This document shows positions 40,366 through 54,511 of a stretch of DNA of 64,000 bases, piece by piece; positions within the stretch are counted from its first letter, which is position 1, and every line of letters starts with the position of its first letter. Made by a program: the position numbers and the translations under genes. This DNA is from the human T2T-CHM13v2.0 reference genome, Homo sapiens. The notes beneath the pieces were generated by a model. That model made no database searches. It was not told where the DNA came from and saw nothing but the letters and a program-made list of their open reading frames with translations. Where the stretch lies: assembly GCF_009914755.1 (NCBI RefSeq), contig NC_060948.1; one strand, 5' to 3'.

Positions 40366-43300
40366 CCTGGAATAAAGTGGAATGCTACGGTCTCGAATGG
40401 AATAAAAATATATGGAATGGAATGCAATGAAACGGAATCGAATGTCATAGAATGTAATGGAATGCAAAAAAATGGACTCCAAAATCATTGACTGGAAAGG
40501 CTGGGTGTCGAAAGGAATTGACTCCAATGGAATGGAATCGAATGGAATGGAAGTGAATAGAATCGAACTAAATCGAATGGAATGGAATTGATAGGAACGG
40601 AATGGAAAGGAATGCAATGATTTGGCATGGAATGGAATCGAAAGGCATCGAATGGAATGGAATGGAATGCAATGGAATGGAATGTATTAGAATGTAATGA
40701 ACATTAATGGAAAGTACGCGAATGGATTCGACTGGAATGGAATGTTCTGGAAGTGAATGGACTCCAATGGAATGGATTCGAAAGGAATGGAATCGAACGG
40801 AATGGAATTAAACGGAAATGAATCAAATAGAATAGAACGGAATTGAATTGAAAGGAATCGAATGCAATGGAATCTAATGAAACGGAAAGGAATGGAATGG
40901 AATGGGCTGGAATGGAATGGAATCGAAACGAATGGAATGGAATCGAACTGAAGAGACTGGAATGGAATGCACTGGAATGGAAGGGAATGTAATGGAAGGT
41001 TCTCGAAAAAAATGGAATCGAAAGGAATGGAATTGAATGGAACGGAATAGAGTCGAATGGAATTCAATGGAATGGAATGGACTAGAGTGAAATGGAATCG
41101 AACCACAAGGAATGGACAGGAATAGAATGGTCTCGAATTGAATGGAATCGTATGGAATGGCATCAAACGGAATGGAATGGATGGCCACGGAATGGAATGC
41201 ACTCGAATGCAATGGAGTCGAAACTAATGGACTGGAATAGAATGGACTCGACTGGTACGGACTCCAATGGAATGGAATCGAATGGAAGGGAATCGAACGG
41301 AATGGACTCGAAGGGAAAAGACTGCAATGGAAAGGTCTCGAATGGAATGGAAATTAATGGAATGGAATGGAATCGAATGAAATGGAGTCAAAAGGAATGG
41401 AATCGAATGGCAAGAAATCGAATGTAATGGAATCGCAAGGAATTGATGTGAACGGAACGGAATGGAATGGAATCCAAAGGAATGGAATAGAATGGAATGG
41501 AATCGAATGGAAAGGACTCGAATGGAAATCACTCGAATAGAATGCAATTTAATAAAATAGGATCAAATGTAATGGAATGGAATGGAAAGGAATCGAAACG
41601 AAAGGAATGGAGACAGATGGAATGGAATGGAACAGAGAGCAATGGTATAGAATGGAATGGAATCATCTGGAATGGAATTGAATGGAATGGAATAATATGA
41701 AATGGAATGGAATGGAATGGAATGCCCTTGAATTAAATGGACTGGAATGGAATGGACTCGAACAGAGTGGAATGGAAAGTGTTGAAATAGAATGGAATGG
41801 ACTCGTTTGGAATGGTCTAGTATGCAATGCAATCGACTGGCAGGGAATCAAAAGGAATGTAATCGAATGGATTGGACTGGAATGCAATGGACTCGAATAG
41901 ATTGGAAACGGAAAGCAAAGGAATGGAATGGAATAGTATGGAATGGAATGCAAAGGAATGGAGTGGAATAGACTAGAGTGGAATGGAATGGACTCGAAAG
42001 CAATGGACTGGAATGGAACTTTCTTGAATGGACTGGAATCAAACGGAATGGAATGCAATGCAATCAAATGGCATGGAATAAAATAGAATGAAAGAGAATC
42101 AAATGGAATTGAATCGAATGGAATCGAATGGATTGGAAAGGAATAGAATGGAATGGAATGGAATTGACTCAAATGGAATGGACTAGAATGGAATGGATTC
42201 GAATGGAAGGCAAAGGAATGGAATCTATTGGAATGGACTGTAATGGAATGGAATGGAAGGGATTGGAATGGACTCGAATGGAATGGACTGCAGTAGAAAG
42301 GATTCGAATGGAATGAAAAAGAATTGAATGGAATAGAACAGAATGGAATCAAATCGAATGAAATGGAATGGAATAGAAAGGAATGGAATGAAATGGAATG
42401 GAAAGGATTCGAATGGAATGCAATCGAATGGAATGAAATCGAATGGAATGGAATCGAACGGAATGGAATAAAATGGAAGAAAACTGGCAAGAAATGGAAT
42501 CGAAATGAATGGAGTGTTATGGAACGGACTCAAAAGGAATTGAATGTAATAGAATGGAGTGGAGTGGACTCGAATATAATGGACTAGAATGGAATGAAAT
42601 CACATGGAATGGGAACGAATGGAATGGAATGGAAAGGAATGGAATCGAATGCAAAGGAATCGAATGGAAGGGAATGAAATTGAATCAACAGGAATGGAAG
42701 GGAGTAGAATAGACGGTAATGGAATGGACTCGAATAGAATGGACACGAATGCTCAAATTGAATGGACTCGAATGGAATGGCAACGAAAGGAATGTCATCG
42801 AATGGAATTGAATCGATTGGAATGAAATCACATAGAATGGAGTGGAATCAAATGGAATTGAATCGAAAGGAAAGGAAGCGAATGGACTGAAATGAAATGG
42901 AATGGAATTGAATGGAAATTAATGCAATGGAATAGAATGGAACGAAATTTCACGGAATGGAATCAAACTGAATGGAATCAAATCAATGGAATCAAATCAA
43001 ATGGAATGGAAAGGAATTGAATGGAGTAGATTGAATTGGATGGGATTGGAATGAAATGTACTGGAAAGGACTCGAATTTCATGAAACGGAATGGAATGAA
43101 TTGGAACGGAATGGACTCGAATGGAATGGAATGTCATGGAATGGCATCAAATGGAATTGAATCGAATGCGATGGAATGCTATGGAATGGAATGGAATGCA
43201 TTGGAATGGAATGTCCTCTAATGGAATGTATTCGAGTGGAATGGAATCGAATATAATGGAGTCTAATGAAATGGAATTGAAAGGAATGGGACCGAATACA

Positions 43301-43879
43301 ATGGAATATACTGGAATGTAATGTAATGAACTCGAATGTAATTGACTGGAATGGAATGTACATGAATGGAATGTGATCGAATGGAAAGCAATCCAATGGA
43401 ATAGAATCTAATGCAATAAAATCGACTCAAATAGAGTAGAATGTAATGGAATGGAGTGCAGTGCAATGGAATGGAATGGAATGGAATGCAATGGAATGGA
43501 ATGGAATGGAATGGGATGGAATGGTATGGAATGGATAGTAATGGACTGGAGTGAAATGGACTGGAAAAGAATGGACTCAAATTGAAAGGTCTCGAAAGGA
43601 ATGGAGTCAAATGGAATGGTCTGGAATGGAATGAACACGAATGTAATGCAATCCAATAGAATGGAATCGAATGGCATGGAATATAAAGAAATGGAATCGA
43701 AGAGAATGGAAACAAATGGAATGGAATTGAATGGAATGGAATTGAATGGAATGGGAACGAATGGAGTGAAATTGTATGCAGTAGAAGAGAATAGAATGGA
43801 ATGCAAGCGAAAGGAAAGGAATGGATTGGAATGGAATGGAATTCATTGGAATGGAAGGGAATGTAGTGTAATGGACAGG
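40366..43879 (-). repeat. DYZ1: DYZ1 monomer, 3514 bp, with an extra internal HaeIII site
   Basis: GGCC at 40364 and 43878; extra GGCC at 41183. Confidence 0.9.
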
Positions 43880-46800
43880 CCTGGAATAAAGTGGAATGCT
43901 ACGGTCTCGAATGGAATAAAAATGTATGGAACGGAATGCAATGAAACGGAATCGAATGTCATAGAATGTAATGGAATGCAAAAAAATGGACTCCAAAATC
44001 ATTGACTGGAAAGGCTGGGTGTCGAAAGGAATTGACTCCAATGGAATGGAATCGAATGGAATGGAAGTGAATAGAATCGAACTAAATCGAATGGCATGGA
44101 ATTGATAGGAACGGAATGGAAAGGAATGCAATGATTTGGCATGGAATGGAATCGAATGGCATCGAATGGAATGGAATGGAATGCAATGGAATGGAATGTA
44201 TTAGAATGTAATGAACTTTAATGGAATGTACTCGAATGGATTCGACTGGAATGGAATGTTCTCAAAGTGAATGGACTCCAATGGAATGGATTCGAAAGGA
44301 ATGGAATCTAATGGAATGGAATTAAATGGAAATGAATCAAATTGAATAGAACGGAATTGAATTGAATGGAATCGAATGCAATGGAATCTAATGAAACGGA
44401 AAGGAAAGGAATGGAATGGATTGGAATGGAATGGGCTGGAATGGAATGGAATCGAAACGAATGGAATGGAATCGAACTGAAGAGACTGGAATGGAATGCA
44501 CTGGAATGGAAGGGAATGTAATGGAAGGTTCCCGAAAAAAATGGAATCGAAAGGAATGGAATTGAATGGAACGGAATAGAGTCGAATGGAATTGAATGGA
44601 ATGGAATGGACTAGAGTGAAATGGAATCGAACCACAAGGAATGGACAGGAATAGAATGGTCTCGAATTGAATGGAATCGTATGGAATGGCATCAAACGGA
44701 ATGGAATGGACAGCCACGGAATGGAATGGACACCCACGGAATGGAATGCACTCGAATGCAATGGAGTCGACACTAATGGACTGGAATAGAATGGACTCGA
44801 CTGGTACGGACTCCAATGGAATGGAATCGAATGGAAGGGAATCGAAAGGAATGGACTCGAAGGGAAAAGACTGCAATGGAAAGGTCTCGAATGGAATGGA
44901 AATTAATGGAATGGAATGGAATCGAATGAAATGGAGTCAAAAGGAATGGAATCGAATGGCAAGAAATCGAATGTAATGGAATCGCAAGGAATTGATGTGA
45001 ACGGAACGGAATGGAATGGAATCCAAAGGAATGGAATAGAATGGAATGGAATCGAATGGAAAGGACTCGAATGGAAATCACTCGAATAGAATGCAATTTA
45101 ATAAAATAGGATCAAATGTAATGGAATGGAATGGAAAGGAATCGAAACGAAAGGAATGGAGACAGATGGAATGGAATGGAACAGAGAGCAATGGTATAGA
45201 ATGGAATGGAATCATCTGGAATGGAATTGAATGGAATGGAATAATATGAAATGGAATGGAATGGAATGGAATGCCCTTGAATTAAATGGACTGGAATGCA
45301 ATGGACTCGAACAGAGTGGAATGGAAAGTGTTGAAATAGAATGGAATGGACTCGTTTGGAATGGTCTAGTATGCAATGCAATCGACTGGCAGGGAATCAA
45401 AAGGAATGTAATCGAATGGATTGGACTGGAATGCAATGGACTCGAATAGATTGGAAGCGGAAAGCAAAGGAATGGAATGGAATAGTATGGAATGGAATGC
45501 AAAGGAATGGAGTGGAATAGACTAGAGTGGAATGGAATGGACTCGAAAGCAATGGACTGGAATGGAACTTTCTTGAATGGACTGGAATCAAACGGAATGG
45601 AATGCAATGCAATCAAATGGCATGGAATAAAATAGAATGAAAGAGAATCAAATGGAATTGAATCGAATGGAATCGAATGGATTGGAAAGGAATAGAATGG
45701 AATGGAATGGAATTGACTCAAATGGAATGGACTAGAATGGAATGGATTTGAATGGAAGGCAAAGGAATGGAATCTATTGGAAAGGACTGTAATGGAATGG
45801 AATGGAAGGGATTGGAATGGACTCGAATGGAATGCGCTGCAATAGAAAGGATTCGAATGGAATGAAAAAGAATTGAATGGAATAGAACAGAATGGAATCA
45901 AATCGAATGAAATGGAATGGAATAGAAAGGAATGCAATGAAATGGAATGGAAAGGATTCGAATGGAATGCAATCGAATGGAATGAAATCGAATGGAATGG
46001 AATCGAACGGAATGGAATAAAATGGAAGAAAACTGGCAAGAAATGGAGTCGAAATGAATGGAGTGTTATGGAACGGACTCAAAAGGAATTGAATGTAATA
46101 GAATGGAGTGGAGTGGACTCGAATATAATGGACTGGAGTGGAATGAAATCACATGGAATGGGAACGAATGGAATGGAATGGAAAGGAATGGAATCGAATG
46201 GAAAGGAATCGAATGGAAGGGAATGAAATTGAATCAACAGGAATGGAAGGGAGTAGAATCGACGGTAATGGAATGGACTCGAATAGAATGGACACGAATG
46301 CTCAAATTGAATGGACTCGAATGGAATGGAAACGAAGGGAATGTCATCGAATGGAATTGAATCTATTGGAATGAAATCACATAGAATGGAGTGGAATCAA
46401 ATGGAATTGAATCGAAAGGAAAGGAAGCGAATGGACTGAAATGAAATGGAATGGAATTGAATGGAAATTAATGCAATGGAATAGAATGGAACGAAATTTC
46501 ACGGAATGGAATCAAACTGAATGGAATCAAATCAATGGAATCTAATCAAATGGAATGGAAAGGAATTGAATGGAGTAGATTGGATTGGATGGGATTGGAA
46601 TGAAATGTACTGGAAAGGACTCGAATTTCATGAAACGGAATGGAATGAATTAGAACGGAATGGACTCGAATGGAATGGAATGTCATGGAATGGCATCAAA
46701 TGGAATGGAATCGAATGCGATGGAATGCTATGGAATGGAATGGAATGCATTGGAATGGAATGTCCTCTAATGGAATGGATTCGAGTGGAATGGAATCGAA

Positions 46801-47428
46801 TATAATGGAGTCTAATGAAATAGAATTGAAAGGAATGGGACCGAATACAATGGAATATACTGGAATGTAATGTAATGAACTCGAATGTAATTGACTGGAA
46901 TGGAATGTACATGAATGGAATGTAATCGAATGGAAAGCAATCCAATGGAATAGAATCTAATGCAATAAAATCGAGTCAAATAGAGTAGAATGTAATGGAA
47001 TGGAGTGCAGTGCAATGGAATGGAATGGAATGGAATGCAATGGAATGGAATGGAATGGAATGGGATGGAATGGTATGGAATGGATAGTAATGGACTGGAG
47101 TGAAATGGACTGGAAAAGAATGGACTCAAATAGAAAGGGCTCGAAAGGAATGGAGTCAAATGGAATGGTCTGGAATGGAATGAACACGAATGTAATGCAA
47201 TCCAATAGAATGGAATCGAATGGCATGGAATATAAAGAAATGGAATCGAAGAGAATGGAAACAAATGGAATGGAATTGAATGGAATGGAATTGAATGGAA
47301 TGGGAACGAATGGAGTGAAATTGTATGCAGTAGAAGAGAATAGAATGGAATGCAAGCGAAAGGAAAGGAATGGATTGGAATGGAATGGAATTCATTGGAA
47401 TGGAAGGGAATGTAGTGTAATGGACAGG
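43880..47428 (-). repeat. DYZ1: DYZ1 monomer, 3549 bp
   Basis: GGCC at 43878 and 47427; first unit carrying the 20-bp GGACACCCAC duplication. Confidence 0.9.
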
Positions 47429-50400
47429 CCTGGAATAAAGTGGAATGCTACGGTCTCGAATGGAATAAAAATGTATGGAATGGAATGCAATGAAACGGAA
47501 TCGAATGTCATAGAATGTAATGGAATGCAAAAAAATGGACTCCAAAATCATTGACTGGAAAGGCTGGGTGTCGAAAGGAATTGACTCCAATGGAATGGAA
47601 TCGAATGGAATGGAAGTGAATAGAATCGAACTAAATCGAATGGAATGGAATTGATAGGAACGGAATGGAAAGGAATGCAATGATTTGGCATGGAATGGAA
47701 TCGAATGGCATCGAATGGAATGGAATGGAATGCAATGGAATGGAATGTATTAGAATGTAATGAACTTTAATGGAATGTACTCGAATGGATTCGACTGGAA
47801 TGGAATGTTCTCGAAGTGAACGGACTCCAATGGAATGGATTCGAAAGGAATGGAAACTAATGGAATGGAATTAAACGGAAATGAATCAAATAGAATAGAA
47901 CGGAATTGAATTGAATGGAATCGAATGCAATGGAATCTAATGAAACGGAAAGGAATGGAATGGAATGGGCTGGAATGGAATGGAATCGAAACGAATGGAA
48001 TGGAATCGAACTGAAGAGACTGGAATGGAATGCACTGGAATGGAAGGGAATGTAATGGAAGGTTCTCGAAAAAAATGGAATCGAAAGGAATGGAATTGAA
48101 TGGAACGGAATAGAGTCGAATGGAATTCAATGGAATGGAATGGACTAGAGTGAAATGGAATCGAACCACAAGGAATGGACAGGAATAGAATGGTCTCGAA
48201 TTGAATGGAATCGTATGGAATGGCATCAAACGGAATGGAATGGACAGCCACGGAATGGAATGGACACCCACGGAATGGAATGCACTCGAATGCAATGGAG
48301 TCGACACTAATGGACTGGAATAGAATGGACTCGACTGGTACGGACTCCAATGGAATGGAATCGAATGGAAGGGAATCGAAAGGAATGGACTCGAAGGGAA
48401 AAGACTGCAATGGAAAGGTCTCCAATGGAATGGAAATTAATGGAATGGAATGGAATCGAATGAAATGGAGTCAAAAGGAATGGAATCGAATGGCAAGAAA
48501 TCGAATGTAATGGAATCGCAAGGAATTGATGTGAACGGAACGGAATGGAATGGAATCCAAAGGAATGGAATAGAATGGAATGGAATCGAATGGAAAGGAC
48601 TCGAATGGAAATCACTCGAATAGAATGCAATTTAATAAAATAGGATCAAATGTAATGGAATGGAATGGAAAGGAATCGAAACGAAAGGAATGGAGACAGA
48701 TGGAATGGAATGGAACAGAGAGCAATGGTATAGAATGGAATGGAATCATCTGGAATGGAATTGAATGGAATGGAATAATATGAAATGGAATGGAATGGAA
48801 TGGAATGCCCTTGAATTAAATGGACTGGAATGCAATGGACTCGAACAGAGTGGAATGGAAAGTGTTGAAATAGAATGGAATGGACTGGTTTGGAATGGTC
48901 TAGTATGCAATGCAATCGACTGACAGGGAATCAAAAGGAATGTAATCGAATGGATTGGACTGGAATGCAATGGACTCGAATAGATTGGAAACGGAAAGCA
49001 AAGGAATGGAATGGAATAGTATGGAATGGAATGCAAAGGAATGGAGTGGAATAGACTAGAGTGGAATGGAATGGACTCGAAAGCAATGGACTGGAATGGA
49101 ACTTTCTTGAATGGACTGGAATCAAACGGAATGGAATGCAATGCAATCAAATGGCATGGAATAAAATAGAATGAAAGAGAATCAAATGGAATTGAATCGA
49201 ATGGAATCGAATGGATTGGAAAGGAATAGAATGGAATGGAATGGAATTGACTCAAATGGAATGGACTAGAATGGAATGGATTCGAATGGAAGGCAAAGGA
49301 ATGGAATCTATTGGAATGGACTGTAATGGAATGGAATGGAAGGGATTGGAATGGACTCGAATGGAATGGACTGCAGTAGAAAGGATTCGAATGGAATGAA
49401 AAAGAATTGAATGGAATAGAACAGAATGGAATCAAATCGAATGTAATGGAATGGAATAGAAAGGAATGGAATGAAATGGAATGGAAAGGATTCGAATGGA
49501 ATGCAATCGAATGGAATGCAATCGAATGGAATGGAATCGAACGGAATGGAATAAAATGGAAGAAAACTGGCAAGAAATGGAATCGAAATGAATGGAGTGT
49601 TATGGAACGGACTCAAAAGGAATTGAATGTAATAGAATGGAGTGGAGTGGACTCGAATATAATGGACTGGAATGGAATGAAATCACATGGAATGGGAACG
49701 AATGGAATGGAATGGAAAGGAATGGAATCGAATGCAAAGGAATCGAATGGAAGGGAATGAAATTGAATCAACAGGAATGGAAGGGAGTAGAATAGACGGT
49801 AATGGAATGGACTCGAATAGAATGGACACGAATGCTCAAATTGAATGGACTCGAATGGAATGGCAACGAAAGGAATGTCATCGAATGGAATTGAATCGAT
49901 TGGAATGAAATCACATAGAATGGAGTGGAATCAAATGGAATTGAATCGAAAGGAAAGGAAGCGAATGGACTGAAATGAAATGGAATGGAATTGAATGGAA
50001 ATTAATTCAATGGAATAGAATGGAACGAAATTTCACGGAATGGAATCAAACTGAATGGAATCAAATCAATGGAATATAATCAAATGGAATGGAAAGGAAT
50101 TGAATGGAGTAGATTGAATTGGATGGGATTGGAATGAAATGTACTGGAAAGGACTCGAATTTCATGAAACGGAATGGAATGAATTAGAACGGAATGGACT
50201 CGAATGGAATGGAATGTCATGGAATGGCATCAAATGGAATGGAATCGAATGCGATGGAATGCTATGGAATGGAATGGAATGCATTGGAATGGAATGTCCT
50301 CTAATGGAATGTATTCGAGTGGAATGGAATCGAATATAATGGAGTCTAATGAAATGGAATTGAAAGGAATGGGACCGAATACAATGGAATATACTGGAAT

Positions 50401-50962
50401 GTAATGTAATGAACTCGAATGTAATTGACTGGAATGGAATGTACATGAATGGAATGTAATCGAATGGAAAGCAATCCAATGGAATAGAATCTAATGCAAT
50501 AAAATCGACTCAAATAGAGTAGAATGTAATGGAATGGAGTGCAGTGCAATGGAATGGAATGGAATGGAATGCAATGGAATGGAATGGAATGGAATGGGAT
50601 GGAATGGTATGGAATGGATAGTAATGGACTGGAGTGAAATGGACTGGAAAAGAATGGACTCAAATTGAAAGGGCTCGAAAGGAATGGAGTCAAATGGAAT
50701 GGTCTGGAATGGAATGAACACGAATGTAATGCAATCCAATAGAATGGAATCGAATGGCATGGAATATAAAGAAATGGAATCGAAGAGAATGGAAACAAAT
50801 GGAATGGAATTGAATGGAATGGAATTGAATGGAATGGGAACGAATGGAGTGAAATTGTATGCAGTAGAAGAGAATAGAATGGAATGCAAGCGAAAGGAAA
50901 GGAATGGATTGGAATGGAATGGAATTCATTGGAATGGAAGGGAATGTAGTGTAATGGACAGG
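47429..50962 (-). repeat. DYZ1: DYZ1 monomer, 3534 bp
   Basis: GGCC at 47427 and 50961. Confidence 0.9.
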
Positions 50963-53900
50963 CCTGGAATAAAGTGGAATGCTACGGTCTCGAATGGAAT
51001 AAAAATGTATGGAACGGAATGCAATGAAACGGAATCGAATGTCATAGAATGTAATGGAATGCAAAAAAATGGACTCCAAAATCATTGACTGGAAAGGCTG
51101 GGTGTCGAAAGGAATTGACTCCAATGGAATGGAATCGAATGGAATGGAAGTGAATAGAATCGAACTAAATCGAATGGAATGGAATTGATAGGAACGGAAT
51201 GGAAAGGAATGCAATGATTTGGCATGGAATGGAATCGAATGGCATCGAATGGAATGGAATGGAATGCAATGGAATGGAATGTATTAGAATGTAATGAACT
51301 TTAATGGAATGTACTCGAATGGATTCGACTGGAATGGAATGTTCTCGAAGTGAATGGACTCCAATGGAATGGATTCGAAAGGAATGGAATCTAATGGAAT
51401 GGAATTAAATGGAAATGAATCAAATTGAATAGAACGGAATTGAATTGAATGGAATCGAATGCAATGGAATCTAATGAAACGGAAAGGAAAGGAATGGAAT
51501 GGATTGGAATGGAATGGGCTGGAATGGAATGGAATCGAAACGAATGGAATGGAATCGAACTGAAGAGACTGGAATGGAATGCACTGGAATGGAAGGGAAT
51601 GTAATGGAAGGTTCTCGAAAAAAATGGAATCGAAAGGAATGGAATTGAATGGAACGGAATAGAGTCGAATGGAATTGAATGGAATGGAATGGACTAGAGT
51701 GAAATGGAATCGAACCACAAGGAATGGACAGGAATAGAATGGTCTCGAATTGAATGGAATCGTATGGAATGGCATCAAACGGAATGGAATGGACAGCCAC
51801 GGAATGGAATGGACACCCACGGAATGGAATGCACTCGAATGCAATGGAGTCGACACTAATGGACTGGAATAGAATGGACTCGACTGGTACGGACTCCAAT
51901 GGAATGGAATCGAATGGAAGGGAATCGAACGGAATGGACTCGAAGGGACAAGACTGCAATGGAAAGGTCTCGAATGGAATGGAAATTAATGGAATGGAAT
52001 GGAATCGAATGAAATGGAGTCAAAAGGAATGGAATCGAATGGCAAGAAATCGAATGTAATGGAATCGCAAGGAATTGATGTGAACGGAACGGAATGGAAT
52101 GGAATCCAAAGGAATGGAATAGAATGGAATGGAATCGAATGGAAAGGACTCGAATGGAAATCACTCGAATAGAATGCAATTTAATAAAATAGGATCAAAT
52201 GTAATGGAATGGAATGGAAAGGAATCGAAACGAAAGGAATGGAGACAGATGGAATGGAATGGAACAGAGAGCAATGGTATAGAATGGAATGGAATCATCT
52301 GGAATGGAATTGAATGGAATGGAATAATATGAAATGGAATGGAATGGAATGGAATGCCCTTGAATTAAATGGACTGGAATGCAATGGACTCGAACAGAGT
52401 GGAATGGAAAGTGTTGAAATAGAATGGAATGGACTCGTTTGGAATGGTCTAGTATGCAATGCAATCGACTGGCAGGGAATCAAAAGGAATGTAATCGAAT
52501 GGATTGGACTGGAATGCAATGGACTCGAATAGATTGGAAGCGGAAAGCAAAGGAATGGAATGGAATAGTATGGAATGGAATGCAAAGGAATGGAGTGGAA
52601 TAGACTAGAGTGGAATGGAATGGACTCGAAAGCAATGGACTGGAATGGAACTTTCTTGAATGGACTGGAATCAAACGGAATGGAATGCAATGCAATCAAA
52701 TGGCATGGAATAAAATAGAATGAAAGAGAATCAAATGGAATTGAATCGAATGGAATCGAATGGATTGGAAAGGAATAGAATGGAATGGAATGGAATTGAC
52801 TCAAATGGAATGGACTAGAATGGAATGGATTTGAATGGAAGGCAAAGGAATGGAATCTATTGGAATGGACTGTAATGGAATGGAATGGAAGGGATTGGAA
52901 TGGACTCGAATGGAATGCGCTGCAATAGAAAGGATTCGAATGGAATGAAAAAGAATTGAATGGAATAGAACAGAATGGAATCAAATCGAATGAAATGGAA
53001 TGGAATAGAAAGGAATGCAATGAAATGGAATGGAAAGGATTCGAATGGAATGCAATCGAATGGAATGAAATCGAATGGAATGGAATCGAACGGAATGGAA
53101 TAAAATGGAAGAAAACTGGCAAGAAATGGAGTCGAAATGAATGGAGTGTTATGGAACGGACTCAAAAGGAATTGAATGTAATAGAATGGAGTGGAGTGGA
53201 CTCGAATATAATGGACTGGAGTGGAATGAAATCACATGGAATGGGAACGAATGGAATGGAATGGAAAGGAATGGAATCGAATGGAAAGGAATCGAATGGA
53301 AGGGAATGAAATTGAATCAACAGGAATGGAAGGGAGTAGAATCGACGGTAATGGAATGGACTCGAATAGAATGGACACGAATGCTCAAATTGAATGGACT
53401 CGAATGGAATGGAAACGAAAGGAATGTCATCGAATGGAATTGAATCTATTGGAATGAAATCACATAGAATGGAGTGGAATCAAATGGAATTGAATCGAAA
53501 GGAAAGGAAGCGAATGGACTGAAATGAAATGGAATGGAATTGAATGGAAATTAATGCAGTGGAATAGAATGGAACGAAATTTCACGGAATGGAATCAAAC
53601 TGAATGGAATCAAATCAATGGAATCTAATCAAATGGAATGGAAAGGAATTGAATGGAGTATATTGGATTGGATGGGATTGGAATGAAATGTACTGGAAAG
53701 GACTCGAATTTCATGAAACGGAATGGAATGAATTAGAACGGAATGGACTCGAATGGAATGGAATGTCATGGAATGGCATCAAATGGAATGGAATCGAATG
53801 CGATGGAATGCTATGGAATGGAATGGAATGCATTGGAATGGAATGTCCTCTAATGGAATGGATTCGAGTGGAATGGAATCGAATATAATGGAGTCTAATG

Positions 53901-54511
53901 AAATAGAATTGAAAGGAATGGGACCGAATACAATGGAATATACTGGAATGTAATGTAATGAACTCGAATGTAATTGACTGGAATGGAATGTACATGAATG
54001 GAATGTAATCGAATGGAAAGCAATCCAATGGAATAGAATCTAATGCAATAAAATCGAGTCAAATAGAGTAGAATGTAATGGAATGGAGTGCAGTGCAATG
54101 GAATGGAATGGAATGGAATGCAATGGAATGGAATGGAATGGAATGGGATGGAATGGTATGGAATGGATAGTAATGGACTGGAGTGAAATGGACTGGAAAA
54201 GAATGGACTCAAATAGAAAGGGCTCGAAAGGAATGGAGTCAAATGGAATGGTCTGGAATGGAATGAACACGAATGTAATGCAATCCAATAGAATGGAATC
54301 GAATGGCATGGAATATAAAGAAATGGAATCGAAGAGAATGGAAACAAATGGAATGGAATTGAATGGAATGGAATTGAATGGAATGGGAACGAATGGAGTG
54401 AAATTGTATGCAGTAGAAGAGAATAGAATGGAATGCAAGCGAAAGGAAAGGAATGGATTGGAATGGAATGGAATTCATTGGAATGGAAGGGAATGTAGTG
54501 TAATGGACAGG
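50963..54511 (-). repeat. DYZ1: DYZ1 monomer, 3549 bp
   Basis: GGCC at 50961 and 54510. Confidence 0.9.

Larger units (their letters stand above)
21300..42400. repeat. Near-perfect tandem duplication of a three-monomer block (period 10,566 bp)
   Basis: ORF-track translations identical at offset 10,566 (21377/31943, 23201/33767, 26008/36574, 28525/39091, 30526/41092); 3514+3513+3539=10566. Confidence 0.92.
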
